Source of the DNA: Anaeromyxobacteraceae bacterium
GTDB lineage: Bacteria; Myxococcota; Myxococcia; Myxococcales; Anaeromyxobacteraceae
Assembly: GCA_047602405.1 (NCBI GenBank)
Contig: JASGHJ010000001.1
Location: 2,112,001-2,176,000, forward strand
Length of the DNA stretch: 64,000 bases
Direction of reading: 5' to 3'
The notes below the pieces were generated by a model that saw nothing but the letters and a program-made list of their open reading frames with translations, was not told the origin of the DNA and did not search any database. Each line of letters starts with the position of its first letter. Position 1 is the first letter of the stretch. A program made the position numbers and the translations under genes. Positions 19,814 to 28,186 of this stretch are shown here, one piece after another.

Positions 19814-20875
19814 TCAGGGCGCGGCGCGCGCCGCGCGCGCGGCCTTCAGCGTGGCGATCACGGCCGCGACGACCGCCTTGCGCTGGTCGAGCAGCTGGGC
19901 CTTCTCGGTGAGCTCGGGCTGGCTGCCGGCGCCGGCGCGGGCCTTCGCGTCGATCTCGTCCTTCACCACCCGGCTGCGGCGGTCGAGCTCGAGCATCCCC
20001 TTCTCCGCGGCCACCACCGCGTCCTCGAGCGCGAGCGGCGTCGCCCCGGCGGCCCAGGGCTGCAGCCCGCGGGTCTTCCACTCCAGCAGCGCCTCGGTGA
20101 GGAGCTTCTCCATCTTCAGCTCGAACGGCGCGCCGTCGCCGAGCACGTCGGCGGCGACCTGGCCGCGCAGGACGGCCTGGACGTCCGGGCGCCACGACGC
20201 GAACGCGAGCGAGGTGAGCCTGCCTTCCGGGCTGCGCGCGAAGCGCTCCACCACGAAGAACCCGTCGCTGCGGCCCACGATGCCGAGCGTCTCCGGGCGG
20301 CGGACGGTCTCCGCGCCGTCGGGCGACCGGCGCGCCACCGCCATGACCATCACCGGCCGGGGCAGGTTCGTGCGATCGCTCCGCGGGTCGGAGGCGTAGA
20401 CCTCGATCGTCCCGAGCGACTCGCCCGCACGGCTCGTCACGGCCTCCGGCACGAGGTCGCCGATCGCCCAGAACGTGGCCTCGCCCATGCGGGCCTGGAC
20501 CGGCGCGTGGAACGGCGAGGTCGCGCGCGCCTCGGCGAGCGCCGCCCAGAGCCGGTCGTCCACGTGGACGAGGTTGTCCCTCCAGTTGGAGGAGGGGCCG
20601 GAGAAGGTCAGCACCGAGCCGGAGGCCGCCGCCCTCGACACGACGAGCCAGTGTACCGGGTCGCCGGGCCGGAACACGCCGAACCCCGAGGGGTCCGCGT
20701 CCCGGACGAGCGGCTGCAGCCACGTCAGCCGCGCGAGCTCGCCGTCCACGAGCACGCCGCTCGCGTTCTCGGGGCGCCGCCGCGCGGCCTCGTCCGAGGG
20801 GATCCGGGTCTCGAGGGCGGCGGTGCAGCCGGTCGAGAGGACGGCGGCGAGGACGGCGGACAGGTGCGAGCGCAT
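19814..20875 (-). CDS. Hypothetical lipoprotein
   Basis: Lipobox LSTG-C; GAGG RBS; C-terminal helical hairpin. Confidence 0.7.
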   Translation of the reverse strand: MRSHLSAVLAAVLSTGCTAALETRIPSDEAARRRPENASGVLVDGELARLTWLQPLVRDADPSGFGVFRPGDPVHWLVVSRAAASGSVLTFSGPSSNWRDNLVHVDDRLWAALAEARATSPFHAPVQARMGEATFWAIGDLVPEAVTSRAGESLGTIEVYASDPRSDRTNLPRPVMVMAVARRSPDGAETVRRPETLGIVGRSDGFFVVERFARSPEGRLTSLAFASWRPDVQAVLRGQVAADVLGDGAPFELKMEKLLTEALLEWKTRGLQPWAAGATPLALEDAVVAAEKGMLELDRRSRVVKDEIDAKARAGAGSQPELTEKAQLLDQRKAVVAAVIATLKAARAARAAP

Positions 20876-20892
20876 GGTGACCTCGGGGAGCG

Positions 20893-22236
20893 TCAGTCGT
20901 CGGGGTGCGGGACGGGGGAGCCGAGCGCGCCGGGGCTCGGCGGCGGAGGCGGGGGTGGGATGAGGTCCCGGGCGTCGATGCCGGTCGCGGCGGACACGGC
21001 CGCGCGCGCGGCCTTCACGTCCGCGACGAGGCCCGCGTACTCGGCCTTGAGCGTGGCGAGGCGCGCCGGGGCCGTGGCGATCCGGGCCCGCTCCGCGTCG
21101 ATGCCGCGCCAGGCCTGCAGCTCGGTGCGGATGGACTGGGCCGACGTGAGGATCGACTGCCCGGCCTCGGCGTAGCGCCCGCCCAGCTTCATCGCGAGGA
21201 ACTTCACGTCCTCGCCGAGCTCACGGCGGCCGAGCAGCCAGCGCGCGTCGCCGGCCCGCTCCTCGAACGTGTCGCTGGCGTCGATGATCGCCCGCGCCCC
21301 GGCGTCGGTGTCGCGCAGCATGCCCGTCATCCGGTTCCAGGCCCGCGAGTTCGACTGCACCTCGCCCAGGCGCGCCAGCGCCTTCGCGTCCAGGGAGAGG
21401 AGCCCGTCGAAGGCCATGGCGAGCCCGCGGTCCCGGGCGTCCTTCACCGCCGCGTCGACCTCGGCGCCCCAGGCGTCGAGCTCGCGCGCGGCGCCCTTCA
21501 TCTCGCGCTTCAGCGCCACGGTCTCGCCGCGCAGCCCGGCCAGGCGCCCCTCGAGCTCGGCCAGCCGGTCGGCGAGGACCGCGACGTCCCCGTTCTCGGC
21601 GGCGAGGCGGGCCAGCCGCTCCGAGGCGAGCGCCACCCGGTCGGGCCCGGCGGGCGCGCTGCCGGGGCGCACCGGCGCCGCGAAGGGCTCGATCACGCCG
21701 CGCTTGCCGGTGAGGTCCACGGCAGGCGGCGGGGTGTGTGCGTTCCCCACCCACGGATCGGTGAGCGCCGCCGACAGGTCCTCCATGCTGCGCAGGCCCT
21801 CGGCGTCGCGTGCGGCGCGCTGCTGCTGCACCGCGGCGGTGCGCTGGGCGAGGAGCTGGGCCTCGAGGCGGGCCTGCTGCTCCGCCGCGATCCGGGCCTG
21901 CTCGTCGGAGGTGCCGGAGTCGAACACGCTCGAGATGAGCCCCTGGAGGAGCATCCCGGTGACCTGCACCTTCACGAGCTGCGCCGTCGTGAGCTGCGGC
22001 TTCACGACCTTCTTCACGACCTGCGCGGTCTGGGCGGCCTGGCGAGCGTCCTCGTCCACCCGGGTGGGCGCGGGGGGCTCGGGGATGGACGGGTTGCAGT
22101 TCGCGCCGGGGGAGTTGCGGCAGATGTCCTCGAGCTGGCCGAGCGCGCTCTGCGCGCGCGCCGGGCCGGCGACCGCGAGGCCGAGGAGGGTGAGGGCGAG
22201 GCGGAACCGGGGGGGAACGGTGCCCACGCTCGCCAT
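20893..22236 (-). CDS. Hypothetical secreted coiled-coil protein
   Basis: Signal peptide ending ARA-Q; long amphipathic helices; Pro-rich tail. Confidence 0.7.
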   Translation of the reverse strand: MASVGTVPPRFRLALTLLGLAVAGPARAQSALGQLEDICRNSPGANCNPSIPEPPAPTRVDEDARQAAQTAQVVKKVVKPQLTTAQLVKVQVTGMLLQGLISSVFDSGTSDEQARIAAEQQARLEAQLLAQRTAAVQQQRAARDAEGLRSMEDLSAALTDPWVGNAHTPPPAVDLTGKRGVIEPFAAPVRPGSAPAGPDRVALASERLARLAAENGDVAVLADRLAELEGRLAGLRGETVALKREMKGAARELDAWGAEVDAAVKDARDRGLAMAFDGLLSLDAKALARLGEVQSNSRAWNRMTGMLRDTDAGARAIIDASDTFEERAGDARWLLGRRELGEDVKFLAMKLGGRYAEAGQSILTSAQSIRTELQAWRGIDAERARIATAPARLATLKAEYAGLVADVKAARAAVSAATGIDARDLIPPPPPPPSPGALGSPVPHPDD

Positions 22237-22387
22237 CCTAGACCTTCCGCGACGGGGGTCCCTCCCGCGTTCCGGATACTCCTACATGCGGCATGAGGTC
22301 GCGGGCGCGACATCCGCGAGCGCGGGACTTGCCTCCGCGACCGCGCGGGCGCGCAATGCGGGTCGGGACGCTCCTCCGGAGTTCACC

Positions 22388-23053
22388 ATGCGTACATACT
22401 TCCCCCTCTGCGCAGCCCTCTGCCTCGCCCCCGTCCTCGCCGCCGGCCAGGCGTTCCCGCCGCCGGAGGAGGCGGCGCGCCTCGGCGAGCCGCGCGAGGC
22501 GTTCCCGGTGCAGCCCCTGCTCCTGGCCGGGCTCGGCTACACGGCGCCGCTCGGGTTCGGCGGCAAGGGTGAGAACATCGCGGGCGCGTTCGACGCGGGC
22601 AAGGCGATGCACGCGGCGGTCGGGCTCCGGTTCGGGGGCTTCGGCGTGGCAGGGCTCCTGCGCCAGGCCACGCCCGGCGTGGCGAAGAGCGCCTGCCCCG
22701 GGGGCGACTGCTCGGCGAAGGCCACGCAGAAGGGGCTCATGCTGCTCGCGGCGCCCGCCGCCGACTCGGGTTCCGCGTTCATGATCGGCCTCGGCTACTG
22801 GCGCGACCACGCGAAGTTCCTGGGCCCGGGCGGCGGCACCCTGCGGGAGCTGGAGGGCTGGGGGCTGTTCGAGTACGCGGCGCTCGACTTCAAGCTGGGC
22901 GGGTACGGCAGCCACTTCGCGCTGGGCGGGCACTTCATCTTCGGGATCGACAACTTCACGTCGTCGACCACCGCCGCGGGCAAGACCAGCATCGGCGTGG
23001 ACGCGAACCAGCCCTTCTGGTTCGAGCTCGGGATCCACGGACGGATCCTGTAG
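22388..23053 (+). CDS. Hypothetical outer-membrane beta-barrel-like protein
   Basis: ATG after GGAG; signal peptide; alternating Gly/aromatic strands ending FWFELGIHGRIL. Confidence 0.6.
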   Translation: MRTYFPLCAALCLAPVLAAGQAFPPPEEAARLGEPREAFPVQPLLLAGLGYTAPLGFGGKGENIAGAFDAGKAMHAAVGLRFGGFGVAGLLRQATPGVAKSACPGGDCSAKATQKGLMLLAAPAADSGSAFMIGLGYWRDHAKFLGPGGGTLRELEGWGLFEYAALDFKLGGYGSHFALGGHFIFGIDNFTSSTTAAGKTSIGVDANQPFWFELGIHGRIL

Positions 23054-23080
23054 CGGGGCTCTCGGCTCGGGGCGCGGCCC

Positions 23081-23932
23081 CTACCGCTCCGCCTCCGCCT
23101 CCACCGCGCCGGCGCGGCCCCTCCGCCTGAACCTCGACAGGTCGCGGACCGTCTCGAAGTCCTCGCCGAGCAGCGCCGACAGGCTCCGCAGGATCGCCCG
23201 CGAGACCCGCTCCTCGCAGGCCGCGTCGAAGCGGATCTGCTCGTCGAGCCAGCGGTCGAGCCAGCCCGGGTCCGGGAGGCGGCTCTGGACGGTGTCGTCG
23301 GGGTAGAGCGCCTTCGAGACGTGCAGGTTCGTGGGGTGGAGCGGCCTCCCGCCCCGGCCGCCGCTCGCCATCAGCACGCCGACCTTCGCGAACGCGGCGG
23401 CTGCGCCCTCGCGGTCCTGCTCGAGCGCGCGCTGCATGTAGCGCAGGTACGCGCCGCCGTGCCGCGCCTCGTCCTCCGAGACGAGCCCGTAGATCCGCCG
23501 CAGCACGGGCTCGGTGTGCCACTCCGCGGCACGCTTGTACCAGCGGGTGAGCCGGAGCTCGCCGCAGAAGTGCAGCATGAGGGTCTCGAGCGCGGGTGCG
23601 GGGTCGAACTCGAAGCGCACGGCGTGCAGCTCGGCCTCGGTCGGCACGAGCGCCGGGCGGAAGCGGCGCAGGTACTCCATGAGCGCGAGCGCGTGCTTCT
23701 GCTCCTCGTAGAACCAGACCGACATGAAGGCGGAGAAGTCGCTGTCGTGCCGGTTGTCGCGCAGGAACATCTCGGTCGCGGGGAGCGCGGACCACTCGGT
23801 GATGGCGTTCATCTTCACCGTGTGCGCCTGCTCGTCGGTGAGCGCCGCGGGGTCGAAGGCGTCCCAGGGCACGTCGTCGGCGAGGCTCCAGCGGGCCCGC
23901 TCGAGGGACCTGAACAGCTCGGGGTAGAGCAC
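23081..23932 (-). CDS. Ferritin-like diiron protein (acyl-ACP desaturase-like fold)
   Basis: Two ExxH motifs (YEEQKH, EDEARH) plus upstream Glu ligands. Confidence 0.85.
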   Translation of the reverse strand: MLYPELFRSLERARWSLADDVPWDAFDPAALTDEQAHTVKMNAITEWSALPATEMFLRDNRHDSDFSAFMSVWFYEEQKHALALMEYLRRFRPALVPTEAELHAVRFEFDPAPALETLMLHFCGELRLTRWYKRAAEWHTEPVLRRIYGLVSEDEARHGGAYLRYMQRALEQDREGAAAAFAKVGVLMASGGRGGRPLHPTNLHVSKALYPDDTVQSRLPDPGWLDRWLDEQIRFDAACEERVSRAILRSLSALLGEDFETVRDLSRFRRRGRAGAVEAEAER

Positions 23933-24157
23933 GGGGGACTCCGAGGAAGAGAGGGGTTCCCGTTCTCCGCCCCGCGTGTCTCCGGGGTGTCACGAACCCG
24001 GGGCGCCCCCGGTCGGGAGGCCCCTTGCGGACCGACTGGCCGGTCGCGGGGCACGCGCGCGTCCCGCGGCCTGCGCGCCCGGGCGCGCGACCATCGGGCG
24101 CCTTCTCGTGCGCGTTCGAGCCTCCGCATGCTCCCATGCCACACGGAGGTGCTCGAC

Positions 24158-24418
24158 ATGGCCAAGCTCGATCCGCGTCACGCCGCCTGGACGGTCCCGC
24201 TGGAGCTCGACGACGCCGGGGCACGCACCGCGGACGATGGCGCCGACGTGACGCCGGCGGGGCTCGCCCGCCTGCTCGCCCAGCACGTCCGCGCCGCCGC
24301 GCCGGACTCGGCCGAGTGGAACCACCACGAGGAGGTGGAGCTCGAGCTCGACGAGCCGGCGCTCCGGCCGGATCCGTCCCAGGACGACGGCGCGCCGAAG
24401 GGCTGGCCGCCGGCGTAG
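24158..24418 (+). CDS. Small acidic hypothetical protein (86 aa)
   Basis: GGAGG RBS then ATG GCC AAG CTC; MAKLDPRHAAWTVPLELDD...GWPPA. Confidence 0.5.
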   Translation: MAKLDPRHAAWTVPLELDDAGARTADDGADVTPAGLARLLAQHVRAAAPDSAEWNHHEEVELELDEPALRPDPSQDDGAPKGWPPA

Positions 24419-24472
24419 CGCCGGTCAGGATCGAGCAGCCGGTGCCGGCGGCGGGTGCCGCCGGCAGCCGGG

Positions 24473-27400
24473 CTACGCCGCCGTCGCCTCGCGCGCGCGC
24501 TCGGAGAGCTTCACCGACACGAGCTTCGAGACGCCCGGCTCCTCCATGGTCACGCCGTAGAGCGTGTCCACCATCTCCATCGTCCGCTTGTTGTGCGTGA
24601 TGAGGATGAACTGGGAGTGCCGGCTCATCTCCTTCACGATGTCGTTGTAGCGGCCGACGTTGGCGTCGTCGAGCGGGGCGTCGACCTCGTCGAGGAGGCA
24701 GAACGGGGTCGGCTTGATCAGGAAGATGGCGAAGATGAGCGAGACGGCGGTGAGGGCCTTCTCGCCGCCGGAGAGCAGGTTCACGCTCTGCAGCTTCTTG
24801 CCGGGCGGCTGCGCGAAGACCTCGACGCCCGCCTCGCCCTCGCCGGAGTCGTCCTGCGTGAGCACGAGGCCGGCCCGGCCGCCGTTGAAGAGGCGCGGGA
24901 AGACCGCCTGGAACTTCTCGTTCACGCGGTCGAAGGTCTCGCGGAACCGCTCGCGCGAGGCCCGGTTGATCTTCACGATCGCGCTCTTGAGATCCGCGAG
25001 CGAGGCCTCGAGATCGGCCTTCTGCGCCGCGAGGAACGCGTGACGGCCGGCGAGCTCGTCGTACTCCTCGATGGCGGTGAGGTTGATGGGCCCCATCCGC
25101 TCCGCCTGGCCCTTCAGCTCCTCGAGCTTCTGGCGCTCGGCGTCACCGGGCGGCTTCTCGAGGTGGAAGCGCGAGATCTCGTACCTGAGCTCGGCCTGGC
25201 AGCGCTCGCGGGTCTGCTCCTCGAGGTGCACGAGCTCGAGGGCGTGCTCGCGGCCGGTGAGCGAGACCTCGGAGAGCTCCTGGCGGACGGCCTCGACCCG
25301 CGTGCGCAGGTCGCGCCCCTCGGCCTCACGGCTGCGCGAGGCGACGGCGAGCGACTCGTGCTCGGCGCGGGCGGCGGCGTGCGCGGCCTTCGCGGCCGAG
25401 AGATCCTCGCCCAGGCGGGTGAGGTCGACCCGCGTGCCCTCGAGGCGGCCGCGCAGCTCGGCGGCGCGGGCGTTCTGCTCGGAGAGGGCCGCGAAGAGGC
25501 GGCCGCGGCGCTCCTCGACCTCGCGCAGCGCGTCCTCGACCCGGCGCATCGCGGAGCCGATGCCCTCGCGCCGCTCGGCGTCGGCGGCGACCTTCACCTT
25601 GAGGTTGACGAGCTCGGAGGTGAGCACGTCGCCGCGCTGGCGGGTCTCGTCGAGGCGGGCGATCGTGTCGCGGGCGCGCTCCTCGAGCCGTGACTGCTCG
25701 GCGCCGGCGGTGGCGGCGGCGAGGCGGTGCTCCTCCTCCTCGCGCTGCAGCGCCTGCGCGGACTCCTCGAGCTGGCCGCGCTCGACCTCGAGCTGGGCGA
25801 GGCGGGCGCCGACCCGCTCGAGCTCCTCGCCGACGCGGGCGAGGTCCTTCTCCTCCTCGAGGAGGGCGAGCTCCTTCTCGCGGCCGTCCTTGTCGAGGCT
25901 CTTCAGCGTGGCCTCGAGCTGGAGCAGGCGGGCCTGCAGGGTCCGGTGGCGCTCCTGGGCGAGGGCGAACTCGGCCTCGAACGCGCGGACCGTCTCCTCG
26001 AGCTCCTGCACCTCGCGGCGGCGCTGAAGGGCGCCGTGGCCCTCGCCCTCGAGCGGGCCGCCGGTGACGACGCCGGCGGCGTCGAGCACCTCGCCGTCGA
26101 GCGTGACGAGCGTGCGGCGGCCGGCGCCCTGCTGCCAGAGCTCGAGCGCGGAGGGGAGGTCGCGGACGATGATGGCGTCGCCGAGCAGGAGGCGCGCGAC
26201 GCGCTCGTAGGACGGCTCGAACTTCACGACCTCGAGGCAGGAGGCGATGAAGCCCGGGTGCTCGCGGTCGAGCGGCCCGGCGTCGCCCTCCTCGCGCAGG
26301 CGCGAGAGCGGGATGAGCGACGCGCGCCCCTCGGCGGCGGTCTTGAGGTAGTCGATGGCCTCGACGCCCTGGGCGTGGCTCTCGACGATGACGTACTGGA
26401 GCCGGTCGCCGAGCACCGCCTCGATGGCGTTCTCGTACTCGGCGGGCGCGGAGACGACGTCGGCGACGAGGCCGAAGATGCCGCGGTCGCGCGCCTCGGC
26501 CTGCCCGGCCCGGGTCATGATGCTGCGCACGCCGCGGCCGTAGCCCTCGTAGTTCCGGACGATCTCGACCAGCGACGACAGCCGGGAGCGCTTCTCCGCG
26601 AGCTCCTCGCGCAGCGTGATGAGCTTCGCCTCGTTCTGGATGAACTCGGCGCGGGTGCGGTCGAGCACCTCCTCGTGCGCGCCGCGCTGCTCGTCGAGCC
26701 GCAGCTTCAGCTGGCGGGTCTGGCCGAGCTTCTCGGCGTGCCGCGAGCGGTTCGTGTCGAGCTGGGTCGCGCGCTGCGAGAGGTCGTCGGCCTCCGCGCG
26801 GTTCTTGTGGATGCGGGCCCTGAGGTCGAGCTTCTGCCGCTCGAGCTGGGCGAGCTGCGAGGAGTGGGTGGCGGCCTCCTGGGCGGCGGCGGCCGCGGCG
26901 GCGCGGGCCTGCTCGGCGTCGGACTGGAGCGCGCCCTGCTCGCGGCCGGCCTCGCGGAGCGCGACCTCGGCCTCGGCGAGGCGGCCCTCGTCGCTCGTCA
27001 CGAGCGAGGAGAGCTCGTCGCGCTGGCGCAGCAGCGCCTCGCGCTCGGCGGCGAGCGCCTCGGCCTGCTCCTTCAGCGCCTCGACCTCGGCGGCCTGGGC
27101 GTGGGAGCGCTCGGCGATCTGCTCGAGCTCGCGCGCGGCGGCCTCCACCGAGACCTCCGACACGCGGGCCTGGCTCTCGAGCTCGTGCTCCCTGGCGCCG
27201 AGGTCGGCGAGGCGGCCCTCGCTCTCGGCGAGCAGCGCGCGGTCCTGCTCGAGCGAGACCTCGAGCGCGGCGGCGCGGGCGGAGCGCTCGGCCTCCTCCG
27301 CCTTGAGCACGGCGAGCCGCTCCTCGGCGGCGCGGCGGGTGGCGGTGAGCTCGAGGTAGCGCGCGGCGGCGGAGCGGAGCTCGAGCTCGCGGATCTGGGT

Positions 27401-28069
27401 GCGGAGTCCCTTGTACTTCTCGGCCTTGCGGGCCTGGCGGTTGAGGCCGTCGAGCTGCTTGCCCAGCTCCTGCACGAGGTCGGCGACCCGCGTGAGGTTC
27501 GTCTGGGTGGCCTCCATCTTCCGCTCGGCGGCCTCGCGGCGCTTCTTGTACTTCGTGATGCCCGCGGCCTCCTCGATGATGGCGCGGCGGTCCTCGGGGC
27601 GGGCGGAGACGATCTGGCCGATGCGGCCCTGCTCGATGATCGAGTAGGCGGTGCGGCCGACGCCGGAGCCGAAGAAGATGTCGTTCACGTCGAGCAGGCG
27701 GGCCTGCACGCCGTTGATGAGGTACTCGGACTCGCCGGTGCGGTAGAGCCGGCGGCCGACGGTGATCTCGGAGAAGCCCTGGAACTGCGCGGGCAGCTCC
27801 ATCGGGCGGTCGTTGTCGAAGGTGAGGAGGACCTCCGCCATGGAGAGCGGGGGCTTCGACTCCGAGCCGTTGAAGATCACGTCCTCCATGGAGCGGCCGC
27901 GGAGGTGGCGGGCGGACTGCTCGCCGAGCACCCAGCGGATGGCGTCCGCCACGTTCGACTTGCCGCATCCGTTGGGCCCGACCACGCCCGTCACGCCCTC
28001 GTCGAAGGCGACGACGACCCGGTCCATGAAGGACTTGAACCCCGTGATGTCGAGCCGCCGGATCCGCAT
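24473..28069 (-). CDS. smc: Chromosome segregation protein SMC
   Basis: GFKSF, GPNGCGKSN, hinge domain, LSGGEK, LDEVDAPLD; ATG at 28069. Confidence 0.97.
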   Translation of the reverse strand: MRIRRLDITGFKSFMDRVVVAFDEGVTGVVGPNGCGKSNVADAIRWVLGEQSARHLRGRSMEDVIFNGSESKPPLSMAEVLLTFDNDRPMELPAQFQGFSEITVGRRLYRTGESEYLINGVQARLLDVNDIFFGSGVGRTAYSIIEQGRIGQIVSARPEDRRAIIEEAAGITKYKKRREAAERKMEATQTNLTRVADLVQELGKQLDGLNRQARKAEKYKGLRTQIRELELRSAAARYLELTATRRAAEERLAVLKAEEAERSARAAALEVSLEQDRALLAESEGRLADLGAREHELESQARVSEVSVEAAARELEQIAERSHAQAAEVEALKEQAEALAAEREALLRQRDELSSLVTSDEGRLAEAEVALREAGREQGALQSDAEQARAAAAAAAQEAATHSSQLAQLERQKLDLRARIHKNRAEADDLSQRATQLDTNRSRHAEKLGQTRQLKLRLDEQRGAHEEVLDRTRAEFIQNEAKLITLREELAEKRSRLSSLVEIVRNYEGYGRGVRSIMTRAGQAEARDRGIFGLVADVVSAPAEYENAIEAVLGDRLQYVIVESHAQGVEAIDYLKTAAEGRASLIPLSRLREEGDAGPLDREHPGFIASCLEVVKFEPSYERVARLLLGDAIIVRDLPSALELWQQGAGRRTLVTLDGEVLDAAGVVTGGPLEGEGHGALQRRREVQELEETVRAFEAEFALAQERHRTLQARLLQLEATLKSLDKDGREKELALLEEEKDLARVGEELERVGARLAQLEVERGQLEESAQALQREEEEHRLAAATAGAEQSRLEERARDTIARLDETRQRGDVLTSELVNLKVKVAADAERREGIGSAMRRVEDALREVEERRGRLFAALSEQNARAAELRGRLEGTRVDLTRLGEDLSAAKAAHAAARAEHESLAVASRSREAEGRDLRTRVEAVRQELSEVSLTGREHALELVHLEEQTRERCQAELRYEISRFHLEKPPGDAERQKLEELKGQAERMGPINLTAIEEYDELAGRHAFLAAQKADLEASLADLKSAIVKINRASRERFRETFDRVNEKFQAVFPRLFNGGRAGLVLTQDDSGEGEAGVEVFAQPPGKKLQSVNLLSGGEKALTAVSLIFAIFLIKPTPFCLLDEVDAPLDDANVGRYNDIVKEMSRHSQFILITHNKRTMEMVDTLYGVTMEEPGVSKLVSVKLSERAREATAA

Positions 28070-28186
28070 GGATGACGGCGATATCACGGCAGATCCCGAC
28101 GTTCAAGGGCGACCCTACATGCCATGTCACGCGAGGCAGGTCACGAAGGGGAAAGCGGCGCCCGCGCGGGGTAGACTCGCGCTCCG

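Noticed and set aside
15523..19911. Very long alternative-frame and antisense ORFs (also 41935-45264, 44726-48112, 59256-63131 and others)
   Set aside because: Arg/Gly/Pro-rich shadows of real genes, expected at this GC content; no recognisable motifs
24126..24141. sigma54 promoter upstream of the ferritin-like gene (TGGCATGGGAGCATGC, minus strand)
   Set aside because: GG to GC spacing is one base too long
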